Shown here piece by piece: positions 36,131 through 37,234 of a DNA stretch of 37,234 bases; the first letter of the stretch is position 1, and each line of letters begins with the position of its first letter. This DNA comes from Octopus bimaculoides (taxonomy: Eukaryota): NCBI RefSeq assembly GCF_001194135.2, contig NC_068985.1, forward strand, positions 94,200,044 through 94,237,277, read 5' to 3'. Position numbers and translations under genes: made by a program. Below the pieces are notes generated by a model. The model had not been told where the DNA came from, ran no database searches, and was given only the letters and a program-made list of their open reading frames with translations.

Positions 36131-36346
36131 AATTAAGTAAAAAACAAACAGGAAAAATGATTCAAAATCCTTGTCCTATCCCAAAATTTAATCAGTTCGT
36201 ACCAGGCGCGAGGCCAAACATTCCTCAATGTTTCATTCGAATTCATCCTATGATTTTTGAGATATATTGTCCACGGACCAACAAACAAACAATCAAACAA
36301 ACACGACTGAGAAACAATAACTCCGCCTTCGCTAAGGCGGAGGTAA
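36131..36346 (+). mobile_element. Helentron/HINE (DINE-1-like) non-autonomous element, 3' part
   Basis: caaaatttaatcagttc..gatttttgagatat body and (AAAC)n tract, then the terminal GC-rich hairpin CTCCGCCTT-cgct-AAGGCGGAG (36321-36342). This layout is characteristic of HINE-type elements; family assignment is by architecture only. Confidence 0.6.
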
Positions 36347-36656
36347 CAAATCAGGAAGTAAAGCGAACTCAGATTATCTGACAACCTGCATATGATTCAA
36401 CGGAATTGTTTGTATATATTGAAGAAATAAAAAAAAACAATTACTAATTTTTGAATACATGTTTGAAATATTAGTTCCTTACAATAATATTACTGTGTAA
36501 TATGATGAGAACATATAAAAATATTCTAACGTAGTTTATCTTTCTTTAGTAATACAACATAAGAGACATACATATATTACATAATTCAATTTTCATAATT
36601 TAATCATCATATTACTTAGTAATATAATACGAAAAAACCACTAGAAGAAAAATCAA

Positions 36657-36680
36657 TATATATACGTGTATGTGTGTGTG

Positions 36681-36720
<40 letters not shown>

Positions 36721-36734
36721 TATATGTGTATTTA

Positions 36735-36776
<42 letters not shown>

Positions 36777-36791
36777 CATATATACATATAT

Positions 36792-36842
<51 letters not shown>

Positions 36843-36925
36843 TACATATATATATATATATGTATATATATGTATACACACATACATACATACATACATA
36901 GATACATACATATATATATGTATAC
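36657..36925. repeat. Long compound (TA)n/(CA)n/(TACA)n microsatellite
   Basis: Read directly; it explains the six YIYI/VCVY ORFs. Confidence 0.97.
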
Positions 36926-37234
36926 AAATGTTAATCGAAATTGAGAAATACAATTGACAAACTAAAACTTTAATTACATTATGATATAATATACTATAAA
37001 AAATATAATATAACAAAAATATTTTTAAAAAAACGCATATTAAGCCAACAGTTTGTTTTGATTTATATACAATAGCGAATTTATAAAAAAAGTTGGTATT
37101 TATGTACAGAAGCCTCTTGAAGGCCATGTTTAAAAAAAAATAGACATAAAAGATACCATGTAAGGACTGCCAAAGTGCAAAAACTGTAACAAATACCTGT
37201 TTAGAAGCATATATATATATATTTATATATATAT

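Noticed and set aside
36616-37127. Six overlapping YIYI/VCVY ORFs, and similar ones at 8.5-8.9, 13.9-14.5, 16.6, 22.3-22.7, 28.1 and 29.6 kb
   Set aside because: Translations of dinucleotide microsatellites.
1-37234. CRISPR-like arrays, tRNA/rRNA/snRNA genes, telomeric repeats, prokaryotic operons
   Set aside because: No regularly spaced repeat-spacer array, cloverleaf, TTAGGG tract or long unspliced ORF is present; all tRNA-like motifs are SINE heads.

Overview
AT-rich, microsatellite-dense eukaryotic genomic DNA with six short N gaps. It is most likely from an octopod cephalopod such as Octopus; this is an inference from the (AT)n/(AC)n/(TAA)n load and from SINE/LINE sequences I recall from octopus assemblies, not a database result. 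No intact, nameable host gene, RNA gene or CRISPR array is visible, and most ORFs in the supplied track are microsatellite or N-gap artefacts. What can be supported is a graveyard of decayed mobile elements. These comprise four R4/Dong-type non-LTR retrotransposon fragments (RT, CCHC and REL-endonuclease motifs, linked to TAA arrays), a Ty3/Gypsy gag-protease remnant with its PBS, two mariner transposase remnants, a probable L1/Tx1 remnant, several tRNA-derived SINEs of at least three families and a Helentron/HINE-like element. Two phase-compatible, multi-exon candidate gene fragments (+ strand 30.0-31.0 kb; - strand 17.1-17.7 kb) and an unexplained ~150-bp inverted-repeat pair (17.5/18.7 kb) are the items most worth checking. 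I found no convincing evidence of a novel biological system. All translations and alignments were done by hand, so coordinates of decayed elements are approximate.
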